From an archaeon (GTDB lineage: Archaea; Iainarchaeota; Iainarchaeia; Iainarchaeales; CSSED10-239), in assembly GCA_037147375.1 (NCBI GenBank), contig JBAWVI010000032.1:1-9834 (forward strand): a stretch of DNA of 9,834 bases, read 5' to 3'. Numbering within the stretch: the stretch's first letter is position 1; each line of letters starts with the position of its first letter. Both the position numbers and the translations under genes were made by a program. Positions 1-6,238 of this stretch are shown here, piece after piece. The notes beneath the pieces are model-generated. The model was not told where the DNA came from. It worked only from the letters and a program-made list of their open reading frames with translations, and made no database searches.

Positions 1-1251
1 ATCAACATATGATATCATATTATCTTTAACCATAAATTCAGATGTTTTCTCAGTTGTTAAACCTAAGAATGTAATGTCTCCGAATCCTAATGGTAAAGTA
101 ATCTTATCATCTACTTTTAATGCATCATTATTTGTATATCTTAATGATGTATCATCAGTAGCTAAAGTTATTTTTGTTAAAATAGTTGAAGTTCCGCTTC
201 CAGTTGATGTGAAAGTTGCTTTCCATAATTTATCTCCAACTTCTGGGAAGTCTGCAACCTTTGTACCATTTTTTAATTCAAGTTTTCCAGCTGAACCTGT
301 AATAACCTTAACACTATCTGAGTAAACTGTGTCGATATCTATATTTGATGTTAAAAATTCATCAAAGATTTTTGTGTCTCCTGTTCTAAATACGTCGTTT
401 GCCTTAACAACGCCTGATGCGTCCTTTAAGTTCATTTCAACTTCGTATCTATTTGTTTGAGCACCTGTATCCTTTATTGAAACAACTTCAACTGTATAAG
501 TGTCAGCAGATATTGTATCTCCAACCTTATATGCTTGAGTAGCTATATTTTGGATTAAATTTAATGTAGTTCCATTAAATGAATCTATTGTATAGTTCTT
601 ACCCATTAAATTGAACTTGAATCTTGGTGATGCATCAGAATCCTTATAAGTTCCAAAAATTCCTTCATCAAAGTCAACAGAGTATGTTATATCTCCTTTA
701 TCTATTGATGCAACTAAATCTTTAACATCTTTATCTGTATTGAAATAAACGTTTGCTTTTACTCCAAGTTCATCATATGTTGTTAAAGTTGATGCTCCAG
801 CGTATGTATCATCAGCAGATATATCCTTCTTATAAAGAAGTGAATAATCTTGGTTATCAAGTGTCTTAGTTTTATTTGCCATGTTATTGATTACGTAGCT
901 ATCAGATAAGTAACCGTCACCAGATATTGTTGATGTACTTTCGCTTCCAACTTCAACTACAACGTCACCTAATGTTGCGGTTCCTGTTGATGTTGATGTT
1001 ACGTAAGCCTTCTTTCCGATAGCTGCTGCGATGTTACCTGCCCATACTACATCTACTGGCATTGCCATAGATCCAAGTACGATGTTGTATGCAGGAACTC
1101 CGTTTGAGAAAAGATTAGCTTTTGTTAAAGCATTTGGAGCTTGCCATGTAGCATCTGTTACGTTAGCAGCAACTACAGCACCTGCAAACATTGCAGAAAT
1201 ACCAAGTGCAGCTACTCCAGCTACTACTTTTTTCATGTTTATATTTTTCAT
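1..1251 (-). CDS. S-layer / cell-surface protein, N-terminal 417 codons (partial; continues beyond the left edge of the window)
   Basis: Absent from the supplied ORF track because it has no stop inside the window. I translated the reverse strand from 1251 to 1 and found 417 codons with no stop. The N-terminus MKNINMKKVVAGVAALGISAMFAGAVVAANV has a basic n-region and a hydrophobic core, consistent with a signal peptide. The blocks NIVLGSMAMPVDVVWAGNIAAAIGKKAY and FNLMGKNYTIDSF resemble conserved N-terminal blocks of Methanococcales-type archaeal S-layer proteins (S_layer_N family). The sequence is T/S/D/N/V-rich, has no Cys, and carries several N-x-S/T sequons (NVT, NKT, NGT x2). A GAGGTG Shine-Dalgarno sits at 1259-1264, 7 nt upstream of ATG 1251. 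In-frame alternative ATGs lie at 1236 and 1266, so the start is uncertain by +/-15 nt. Confidence 0.8.
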   Translation of the reverse strand, partial: MKNINMKKVVAGVAALGISAMFAGAVVAANVTDATWQAPNALTKANLFSNGVPAYNIVLGSMAMPVDVVWAGNIAAAIGKKAYVTSTSTGTATLGDVVVEVGSESTSTISGDGYLSDSYVINNMANKTKTLDNQDYSLLYKKDISADDTYAGASTLTTYDELGVKANVYFNTDKDVKDLVASIDKGDITYSVDFDEGIFGTYKDSDASPRFKFNLMGKNYTIDSFNGTTLNLIQNIATQAYKVGDTISADTYTVEVVSIKDTGAQTNRYEVEMNLKDASGVVKANDVFRTGDTKIFDEFLTSNIDIDTVYSDSVKVITGSAGKLELKNGTKVADFPEVGDKLWKATFTSTGSGTSTILTKITLATDDTSLRYTNNDALKVDDKITLPLGFGDITFLGLTTEKTSEFMVKDNMISYVD

Positions 1252-1258
1252 TTTCTTA

Positions 1259-1264
1259 CACCTC
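1259..1264 (-). promoter_or_regulatory. Shine-Dalgarno-like GAGGTG upstream of the surface-protein gene
   Basis: The minus strand reads ATGAGGTGTAAGAAAATG, placing GAGGTG 7 nt before ATG 1251. A/T-rich TATA-like boxes lie further upstream on the minus strand: TTTAAAAAA at 1282-1290 and an A8TAAAAT block at about 1301-1314. I cannot tell from sequence which box is used. Confidence 0.45.
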
Positions 1265-1460
1265 ATGTGTTTTGTTTTTTGTTTTTTAAATCTAAAAAGA
1301 ATTTTATTTTTTTTCTTTTTAGAGTATTTGTTGTGTGTTAGATATTAAGATTGAACCTGCGTAGATGTTTAATTGCCGTATGATATTTATCGTAGAACAG
1401 AAAAAAAGAATAGTCCTACCTAGTAAGCAGATCCTAGTAAGATAATTAGGAGGAGTTTCA

Positions 1461-1505
1461 TTTAAAAACCTTACTCTTTCGGAAAGGAAACAATAGGTTT
1501 TTAAA
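1461..1505. repeat. Perfect 10-bp inverted repeat (TTTAAAAACC / GGTTTTTAAA) enclosing a 25-nt loop with a small inner CTTT/AAAG stem
   Basis: Arms at 1461-1470 and 1496-1505 are exact reverse complements. The inner stem c1476-t1479 pairs with a1483-g1486. It lies in the long noncoding gap, 4-5 nt downstream of AGGAGGAG (1448-1455). The stem is AT-rich, so chance occurrence is not negligible. Confidence 0.35.
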
Positions 1506-1927
1506 GGAATAAGAAGTGGGAAAGCACTTAGATTTAAGTGGTTATTATGTATACACCTACTGGTTGAAGAAGTACTTTGTTTCTTATTTATATATATAAT
1601 ATAAGGTGTGTAAGGAGTTAAATAACCTACTTTCACGTCCTTTGACTTACTCTTCCTTTAGCTTTGCTTCTAACTTTGTGTAATAGGGGGTGGCTTAGCT
1701 TCCTTATCTAGTTAAATATTAGAATATAGATCATACGAAGTGGGGATCTTAAAGGATGCTTTTGCCTTTAAGTTAGAAACATCACTAGAATGTATAGAAA
1801 TAGGTTTAGTTCTAGAAATCAGTTAATAAAACCTGCCCTTGTTTTACAACAATGACAGGGAGATTAGTATAGATATTAGGATATAACCTATATTAAAATA
1901 TATCTTAATGGGTCTAGTTCAAGAGGA

Positions 1928-3187
1928 TTATTCTAATAACCACTCCCATAATGGAATAGACTCAATTCCTTTTTCTTGCTTACCTAAATCTTTGGTAAGT
2001 ATTATCTTCTTATTTATTTTGATTTTTGGATATCTTTTAATAAATTCGTTTATTGAATCTATTTCTCTCTTCGGAACATCATCAGTGTAACAAACATTAA
2101 TTAAATCTACAGAAAGATCTTTATTTTTTATTATAAAATCAACTTCTCCTTTCTCTCTCCAATAATATATTTCTTTTTGCTTTCTTTTTAATTCAATAAA
2201 TACTAAATTTTCTGCTAAGCGACCTTCATCTTCTGAAAATTTAAATGATACTGCATTTCTTAAACCATTATCTATTGTGTATAGCTTTCTTGTATTTTGC
2301 TCTTGAACTTTCAAAGAATATGAAAACATAGGAACAGTAAATAAAAGGTATGCTTCTTCAAAATAAGACATATATGACCTTATTGAATCTAAAGATAGTT
2401 TATATAAGTTTCTCAAAGCATTATAACTTATAGGATTAGATATGTTTGTTATACAATAACTTGCTAATTTTTTTAATGCATTTAAATCTCTTATATTATA
2501 TCTTACTGCTATATCTTTATAGAGTATATCTTCATAATAATTTTTTAATAATTGTTTATCTTGTTTTAAAGTATATTGTGGAAATCCCCCATCAAATAGA
2601 TATTTATTAAATTCCTTTAAATAAGTAATTCTATTTTTTAAAATATCTAATTTATTCTTAGGTAATTTCTTATTTTTAAAAGTTAAATACTCTTTAAAAC
2701 TAAGTGGCATAATTTGAAAAGATAGGTGCCTTCCAGTTAACGCAGTACCAAATTCTTTACTTAATAACTTTGAAGAAGACCCAGTAACAAACACATAAGC
2801 AGAATCTAATTCCCTTATTTTTCTAACCCATTTTTCCCATTCTGGTATTAATTGCACTTCATCTAAAAATATATATGGTTTTGTATCTGAATTAATATTT
2901 AATTTATATACCTCTAATATTTTATCTAATAAATCCAATGAATAATCATTTACAAAAGCAGGCTCTTCAAAATTAACATATAGTACTTGATCTTCTTTTA
3001 GTTTTAATTCTTTTATTACCAATACTAAAATTGTTGACTTTCCACTTCTTCTAACACCAACTAAGTCAATTACTTCTTTTCCTACAGAATTACAAATAGC
3101 TTTAGTTATTTCTCTTGGTTTGTATTCTTTTTTCCAGAATTCATTCCATTCTAATAATATTTTTAATATTTTTTTATCTTCCAACAT
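1928..3187 (-). CDS. AAA-family ATPase of the archaeal COG1373 type (AAA_14 P-loop domain + DUF4143 C-terminal domain)
   Basis: Walker A GVRRSGKST, Walker B YIFLDEVQ, and a later GEVDFII block match the architecture of AAA_14/DUF4143 ATPases. The ORF-track start at 3205 is a TTG. The first ATG is at 3187 (MLEDKKILKILLEWNEFWKK...), 24 nt from the centre of a TATA-like box, so I call 3187. Stop codon TAA at 1928-1930. Confidence 0.85.
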   Translation of the reverse strand: MLEDKKILKILLEWNEFWKKEYKPREITKAICNSVGKEVIDLVGVRRSGKSTILVLVIKELKLKEDQVLYVNFEEPAFVNDYSLDLLDKILEVYKLNINSDTKPYIFLDEVQLIPEWEKWVRKIRELDSAYVFVTGSSSKLLSKEFGTALTGRHLSFQIMPLSFKEYLTFKNKKLPKNKLDILKNRITYLKEFNKYLFDGGFPQYTLKQDKQLLKNYYEDILYKDIAVRYNIRDLNALKKLASYCITNISNPISYNALRNLYKLSLDSIRSYMSYFEEAYLLFTVPMFSYSLKVQEQNTRKLYTIDNGLRNAVSFKFSEDEGRLAENLVFIELKRKQKEIYYWREKGEVDFIIKNKDLSVDLINVCYTDDVPKREIDSINEFIKRYPKIKINKKIILTKDLGKQEKGIESIPLWEWLLE

Positions 3188-3203
3188 ACTATATATAAGA
3201 AAC

Positions 3204-3217
3204 AAAATATTTAAAAA
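3204..3217 (-). promoter_or_regulatory. TATA-like box (minus strand TTTTTAAATATTTT) for the ATPase gene; spacing implies a leaderless mRNA
   Basis: The box centre at about 3211 is 24 nt upstream of ATG 3187. The same 24-29 nt geometry recurs at four other ATG starts in this window (4151, 4256, 6732, 9217). Confidence 0.5.
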
Positions 3218-3259
3218 GTTAACGATATATCGTAAGCTTTTGGTAAAAAGTTAACGATA
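3212..3259. repeat. Two perfect 16-nt direct repeats TAAAAAGTTAACGATA (3212-3227 and 3244-3259), with a 12-nt palindrome ACGATATATCGT (3222-3233) overlapping the 3' end of the first copy
   Basis: Read directly from the sequence. Each repeat contains the GTTAAC palindrome. The first copy overlaps the ATPase TATA box, and the copies are offset by 32 nt (about three helical turns). Confidence 0.8.
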
Positions 3260-3452
3260 AGACCCACCATACATTTCAAATGCACAAATACAGGTATTTT
3301 GTGCAATCAATGAAAAAGAAGCATTTTAACTAAATATTATTAGTTTACAATCATTCAAAGACAATTATTATACTAATACCCGAATGATATATAAACTATT
3401 CGGTTTTCAGTATAATTTAATAAATAGCAACATGTTAATTAAGTTAGATTAG

Positions 3453-3483
3453 AAAGAAGTAATGTTTTGCTTCTTACTTCTTT
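3453..3483 (-). terminator. 10-bp inverted repeat (AAAGAAGTAA / TTACTTCTTT) spanning the stop codon of the 226-aa gene; possible terminator hairpin
   Basis: Arms at 3453-3462 and 3474-3483 are exact reverse complements with an 11-nt loop. The 3' arm on the plus strand contains the TAA stop (3474-3476). On the minus strand the hairpin ends in CTTCTTTCT. Archaeal termination mainly uses oligo-T, so the functional call is tentative. Confidence 0.3.
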
Positions 3484-4151
3484 AAGTGCCCCATCTCTTG
3501 CTTTAGCTTGTATATCATGTCCGCATACCCATGTGTCATGTCAACTATTGCAAAAAGACCTTCTTGCAAGTCAGAGATAGAAACAGTTAGCTTTTCTGGC
3601 TTATTAACATCTATTGAGGTTACTCCATAATAGTAAATTAGCTTTAACAAGGATTGAAAGTCAAGACAAGAGACCTCAGCCTCTATATAGGTTGAAAACA
3701 AACTAGTTGCTTCTTGAACCACAACCTCAGCCAAACTTGCTTCATATACCTTATAGTTAGGATCCTTCCTTAGTCTTTCAAGTATCTCTTCCATTGCATT
3801 TCTTAAAGCACCCTTATCACTTGCCATGGATTCAATAATAATAGATACTTTTATAGGATTTTGATCAGTATTAGATATTTCTTTCCTTTTAGCTAGTTTC
3901 TCCTTAATATCAAGAGATAAAGAATATTTAATAGGAAAACCTTCCTTTTTAATTAACTTTAAGGTTAACATATTTCTTAAAGCAAGAACTAGTTCTTCAT
4001 AAGTTGCTCCAGGAATAAGCTTTTTAAGATCCTCTTCAGTCTTATCTCCAGTAGATAGATTCTTAGCTATTAGGTTTCTAAGATCTATAATTGAAAGATT
4101 CTTCTTAAGTTCTTCATCTTTAAATGAAATTGGTTCTTCTTGGTCTACCAT
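3474..4151 (-). CDS. Hypothetical protein with a winged-helix-like N-terminal region and a C-terminal alpha/beta domain of unknown function
   Basis: Long clean ORF with protein-like composition. The ORF-track start 4160 is a TTG. The first ATG is at 4151 (MVDQEEPISFKDEELKK...), about 29 nt from the centre of the TATA-like TTAATATATATATT (4173-4187). The N-terminal segment YEELVLALRNMLTLKLIKKEGFPIKYSLS looks like a recognition helix plus wing. The C-terminal half alternates beta- and alpha-like segments (IKVSIIIES / ALRNAMEEILERLRKD / YKVYEASLAEVV / FSTYIEAEVS / FQSLLKLIYYYG / TSIDVNK). I recognise no family. Confidence 0.7.
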   Translation of the reverse strand: MVDQEEPISFKDEELKKNLSIIDLRNLIAKNLSTGDKTEEDLKKLIPGATYEELVLALRNMLTLKLIKKEGFPIKYSLSLDIKEKLAKRKEISNTDQNPIKVSIIIESMASDKGALRNAMEEILERLRKDPNYKVYEASLAEVVVQEATSLFSTYIEAEVSCLDFQSLLKLIYYYGVTSIDVNKPEKLTVSISDLQEGLFAIVDMTHGYADMIYKLKQEMGHLKK

Positions 4152-4172
4152 ATTTATCAATCATTTTATTTC

Positions 4173-4233
4173 AATATATATATTAATATTAGATAAGTAT
4201 ATAAAGATAAGGAAAAATCTAATATTTAAAAAA
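4173..4233. promoter_or_regulatory. Divergent promoter region with back-to-back TATA-like boxes for the 226-aa gene (minus) and the BofA-like gene (plus)
   Basis: On the minus strand, TTAATATATATATT (4173-4187) is centred about 29 nt from ATG 4151. On the plus strand, TATTTAAAAAA (4223-4233) is centred about 28 nt from ATG 4256. Both spacings fit leaderless or near-leaderless archaeal mRNAs. Confidence 0.45.
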
Positions 4234-4255
4234 GGAATAGCATATAATATTTAGT

Positions 4256-4537
4256 ATGGATGCAAACATAATCTCTCAAGGAACAGATAAAGTTTTAAAT
4301 TTAGTTCATAATCCTAAGATTCTTATCTTAGGAGTTATCTTAATTGGAATTACTTTATTGATTATGTATTTCTTAAAGCATTTCATTGTAAATAGTATTA
4401 TTGGAATTGTTGGATTATTTCTTTTAACATTTATTGGAGTTAAATTACCTTTTATTGTGACTTTAATAATTACAGCAATTTTTGGTCTTGCTGGACTTGG
4501 AACAATCTTAATCTTAAAGTTTTTTGGAATTATCTAA
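4256..4537 (+). CDS. Small integral membrane protein, BofA-like (pro-sigmaK processing inhibitor BofA family)
   Basis: 93 aa with 2-3 hydrophobic spans. The C-terminal half KLPFIVTLIITAIFGLAGLGTILILKFFGII resembles, as I recall it, the conserved end of B. subtilis BofA (...VPINLVTTAISGILGIPGIAALVVIKQFII). It starts at an ATG and ends 24 nt before the endoQ ATG on the same strand. Confidence 0.55.
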   Translation: MDANIISQGTDKVLNLVHNPKILILGVILIGITLLIMYFLKHFIVNSIIGIVGLFLLTFIGVKLPFIVTLIITAIFGLAGLGTILILKFFGII

Positions 4538-4561
4538 CCTAAATAAAAAAGGAAAACAAAC

Positions 4562-5851
4562 ATGAGTATATATAATTGTGATTTACATTATCATTCTCCT
4601 TATGCTGCAGCATGCGCTAAAACAATCACAATTCCTGTTCTTGCAAGAGAAGCAAAAAAGAAAGGACTTAATCTATTAACAAGCGCAGACATTCTTCATT
4701 CTAAATGGTATGAGCATGTTAAGGAAAACTTAATTGAAGATGAGAATGGATCATTCTATTTTAAGGAAGATAAAGATCTTTTAGAAAATAAAAGAACGTA
4801 CTTTCTTTTAGGTTGTGAAGTTGAAACAGTTATGCGTGTTCATCACCTTCTTTACTTTAAGGATTTTGAACATGTTGATTTATTTAAACGCGAGTTTAAT
4901 AAATATAAACCTGGACCTGAAAAGTATGGAGATGGGAGACCAAGAATTCCAATCACAGCTAAGCAGTTAGTGGACATTTGTAAAGAGCTTGGAGTTCCTA
5001 TTGGCCCAGCACATGCATTCACTCCTTACTTTGGAGTTTATTCTCATTTTGATACACTTAAAGACGCATATGGAGAAAATTATAAAGAAATTAAATTTAT
5101 TGAGCTTGGACTTTCAGCAGATAGTGTTATTGCAAACAAGATACCTGACCTATTAGGAATTAGTTTCTTTTCTTTCTCTGACTCACATTCACCCATGAGT
5201 TATAGGATTGGAAGAGAATATGTGGGAATGAATCTTGAGGCTCCAAACTTTGATTCTTTTGTTAAACTTTTAAACAAGAAAGGAAATAATAAAGTTGAAT
5301 ACAATGTTGGTTTCAATCCTAATGAAGGAAAGTACAATAGAACTGCTTGTAGAGTGTGTGGTCAAGTTCACTTGATTGAACAAGCAGAAAAGAATAATTG
5401 GAGATGCATTAAGTGTAAGGGCATCTTGAAGAAAGGAGTGGGAGACAGAATAATTGAAGTTGCAAGACACCAAGGAAACAAGGAACTTAAGGATATTGAT
5501 AAAAGACCAGAATATAAATATCTTATTCCACTTGCACAAGTTATTCAACTTGCACTCAAGGAAAAAAACATTGATTCTAAGAACGTTATTGAAAAATATG
5601 AACTATTTATTAATAATCACACAGAAATTGAAGTTATGCTAAGTCTTTCTGAAGATGAATTAGAAAATATTGATAAAGAAATAACAAAGTACATTCTTGC
5701 ATTCAGAAAAGATCTAGTTGTATTCAAGCCAGGTGGAGCTGGTTTCTATGGAGTTCCACACATTTGCTTTACTGAAGCAGAAAAAAAGAAAAAACAAAAA
5801 GAAATAGATGAAGAAACAATAATAAAGTTTGAACAAAAAACTTTATTTTGA
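4562..5851 (+). CDS. endoQ: Endonuclease Q (PHP-domain, zinc-finger nuclease for deaminated and abasic sites; TIGR00375 family)
   Basis: N-terminal PHP motif CDLHYHS, then GCEVET, GPAHAFTP, ELGLSADS, FSDSHSP and IGREY. A C4 zinc finger CRVCG...WRCIKCKG is followed by KKGVGDRI. The order of these motifs and the 429-aa length match Pyrococcus furiosus EndoQ (about 424 aa). Confidence 0.85.
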   Translation: MSIYNCDLHYHSPYAAACAKTITIPVLAREAKKKGLNLLTSADILHSKWYEHVKENLIEDENGSFYFKEDKDLLENKRTYFLLGCEVETVMRVHHLLYFKDFEHVDLFKREFNKYKPGPEKYGDGRPRIPITAKQLVDICKELGVPIGPAHAFTPYFGVYSHFDTLKDAYGENYKEIKFIELGLSADSVIANKIPDLLGISFFSFSDSHSPMSYRIGREYVGMNLEAPNFDSFVKLLNKKGNNKVEYNVGFNPNEGKYNRTACRVCGQVHLIEQAEKNNWRCIKCKGILKKGVGDRIIEVARHQGNKELKDIDKRPEYKYLIPLAQVIQLALKEKNIDSKNVIEKYELFINNHTEIEVMLSLSEDELENIDKEITKYILAFRKDLVVFKPGGAGFYGVPHICFTEAEKKKKQKEIDEETIIKFEQKTLF

Positions 5852-6238
5852 TTTTATCTTTTTCTTTTGTTTTGGAACAGATGCAGAATACCTAATCTTC
5901 TGCTTAGGAGAAGCAAGAATTTGCTTATTTGGTAAAAGAAAAGGATTTTCACGCATATGCTTTAATATTTCTTCTGGAATATCATTAGGGACTCCTCTTC
6001 TTGCTAGAAGCTCCATGAAGTCTCCTATATACATATCACAAAACTTAGCACCACCAGAAGTTGTTAGTTCTCCGTCAGCATATAACTTAATTGCAAGCTC
6101 CTTTAGTTCTTGCTCAAGTCCAATTCTTAGTACTTGTCTAACAACCGCAGATCTGTCTAAGTATCTATATTTCACTATCTTATCTATGTTTTCTAAAAGT
6201 TCATCATCTATCCTAATTGTTAAATGTGTATTTTTCAT
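5843..6238 (-). CDS. Putative antitoxin / transcriptional regulator: ribbon-helix-helix-like N-terminus fused to a UPF0175 (COG2886) domain, with a Lys-rich tail
   Basis: HLTIRIDDELLENIDKIV...DRSAVVRQVLRIGL fits a strand-helix-helix RHH pattern. AIKLYADGELTTSGGAKFCDMYIGDFMELLARRGVP fits the UPF0175 signature (..LY..G.hS.G.AA.h.Gh....F..hL...GhP). The ATG (6236-6238) overlaps the TGA of the upstream PIN gene as ATGA. The 3' end overlaps the endoQ 3' end by 9 nt (5843-5851). Confidence 0.75.
   Translation of the reverse strand: MKNTHLTIRIDDELLENIDKIVKYRYLDRSAVVRQVLRIGLEQELKELAIKLYADGELTTSGGAKFCDMYIGDFMELLARRGVPNDIPEEILKHMRENPFLLPNKQILASPKQKIRYSASVPKQKKKIKSK

Noticed and set aside
985-1000. Short tandem (TGTTGA)2.7 repeat inside the surface-protein gene, encoding TSTST
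   Set aside because: It is only about 2.7 units, in frame, and consistent with the T/S-rich composition of the protein. There is no evidence of phase-variable slippage.
74-1348. Plus-strand ORFs 74-325, 1031-1348 and 1141-1341 from the ORF track
   Set aside because: All lie antisense to, or overlap the start of, the 417-codon open frame of the surface-protein gene. Their translations are low-complexity (F/L/S/C-rich) with no recognisable motifs. They are shadow ORFs.
1480-1492. CGGAAAGGAAACA, superficially like the SRP RNA helix-8 CCGGAAGGAAGCAGCC; I also checked for RNase P CR-I (GAGGAAAGUCC)
   Set aside because: The flanks do not form the GNAR-capped helix 8 (the closing pairs fail). No GGAAAGTCC or its complement occurs anywhere in the gap. 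The region is far less G+C-rich than these RNAs usually are, even in AT-rich genomes.
1319-1636. 105-aa minus-strand ORF in the long intergenic gap
   Set aside because: The translation (…YIIYINKKQSTSSTSRCIHNNHLNLS…) has no motif, no RBS or TATA geometry, and a composition typical of random AT-rich sequence. It also overlaps the promoter region of the surface-protein gene. I treat the region as noncoding.
1686-1760. tRNA-like start GGGGGTGGCTTAGC, which resembles the 5' end of archaeal tRNAs and raised the idea of a split or odd tRNA next to rtcB
   Set aside because: I could not fold a cloverleaf. There is no D-loop GG, no complementary acceptor 3' strand, and no GTTCRANYC T-loop on either strand within 100 nt.
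1780-1823. Possible C/D-box sRNA: minus-strand GTGATGT (C-like, plus coordinates 1779-1785) and a single CTGA (1820-1823)
   Set aside because: The order is wrong, with the D-like box 5' of the C-like box. There is only one copy of each, and no terminal stem or k-turn arrangement.
1339-1878. 9-nt direct repeat TAGATATTA at 1339-1347 and 1870-1878, a possible target-site duplication bracketing a 0.5-kb insert; also CCTAGTAAG at 1419-1427 and 1433-1441
   Set aside because: At this base composition a few 9-nt matches are expected by chance within 600 nt. There are no terminal inverted repeats or transposase remnants inside.
1908-2090. 60-aa plus-strand ORF
   Set aside because: It is almost entirely antisense to the well-supported C-terminus of the ATPase gene, and its hydrophobic, low-complexity translation is typical of the antisense of an AT-rich gene.
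3280-3333. 17-codon plus-strand micro-ORF MHKYRYFVQSMKKKHFN
   Set aside because: It has no RBS and no conservation evidence, and it is embedded in a hairpin. I mention it only as part of the speculative plus-strand transcript and do not annotate it as a gene.
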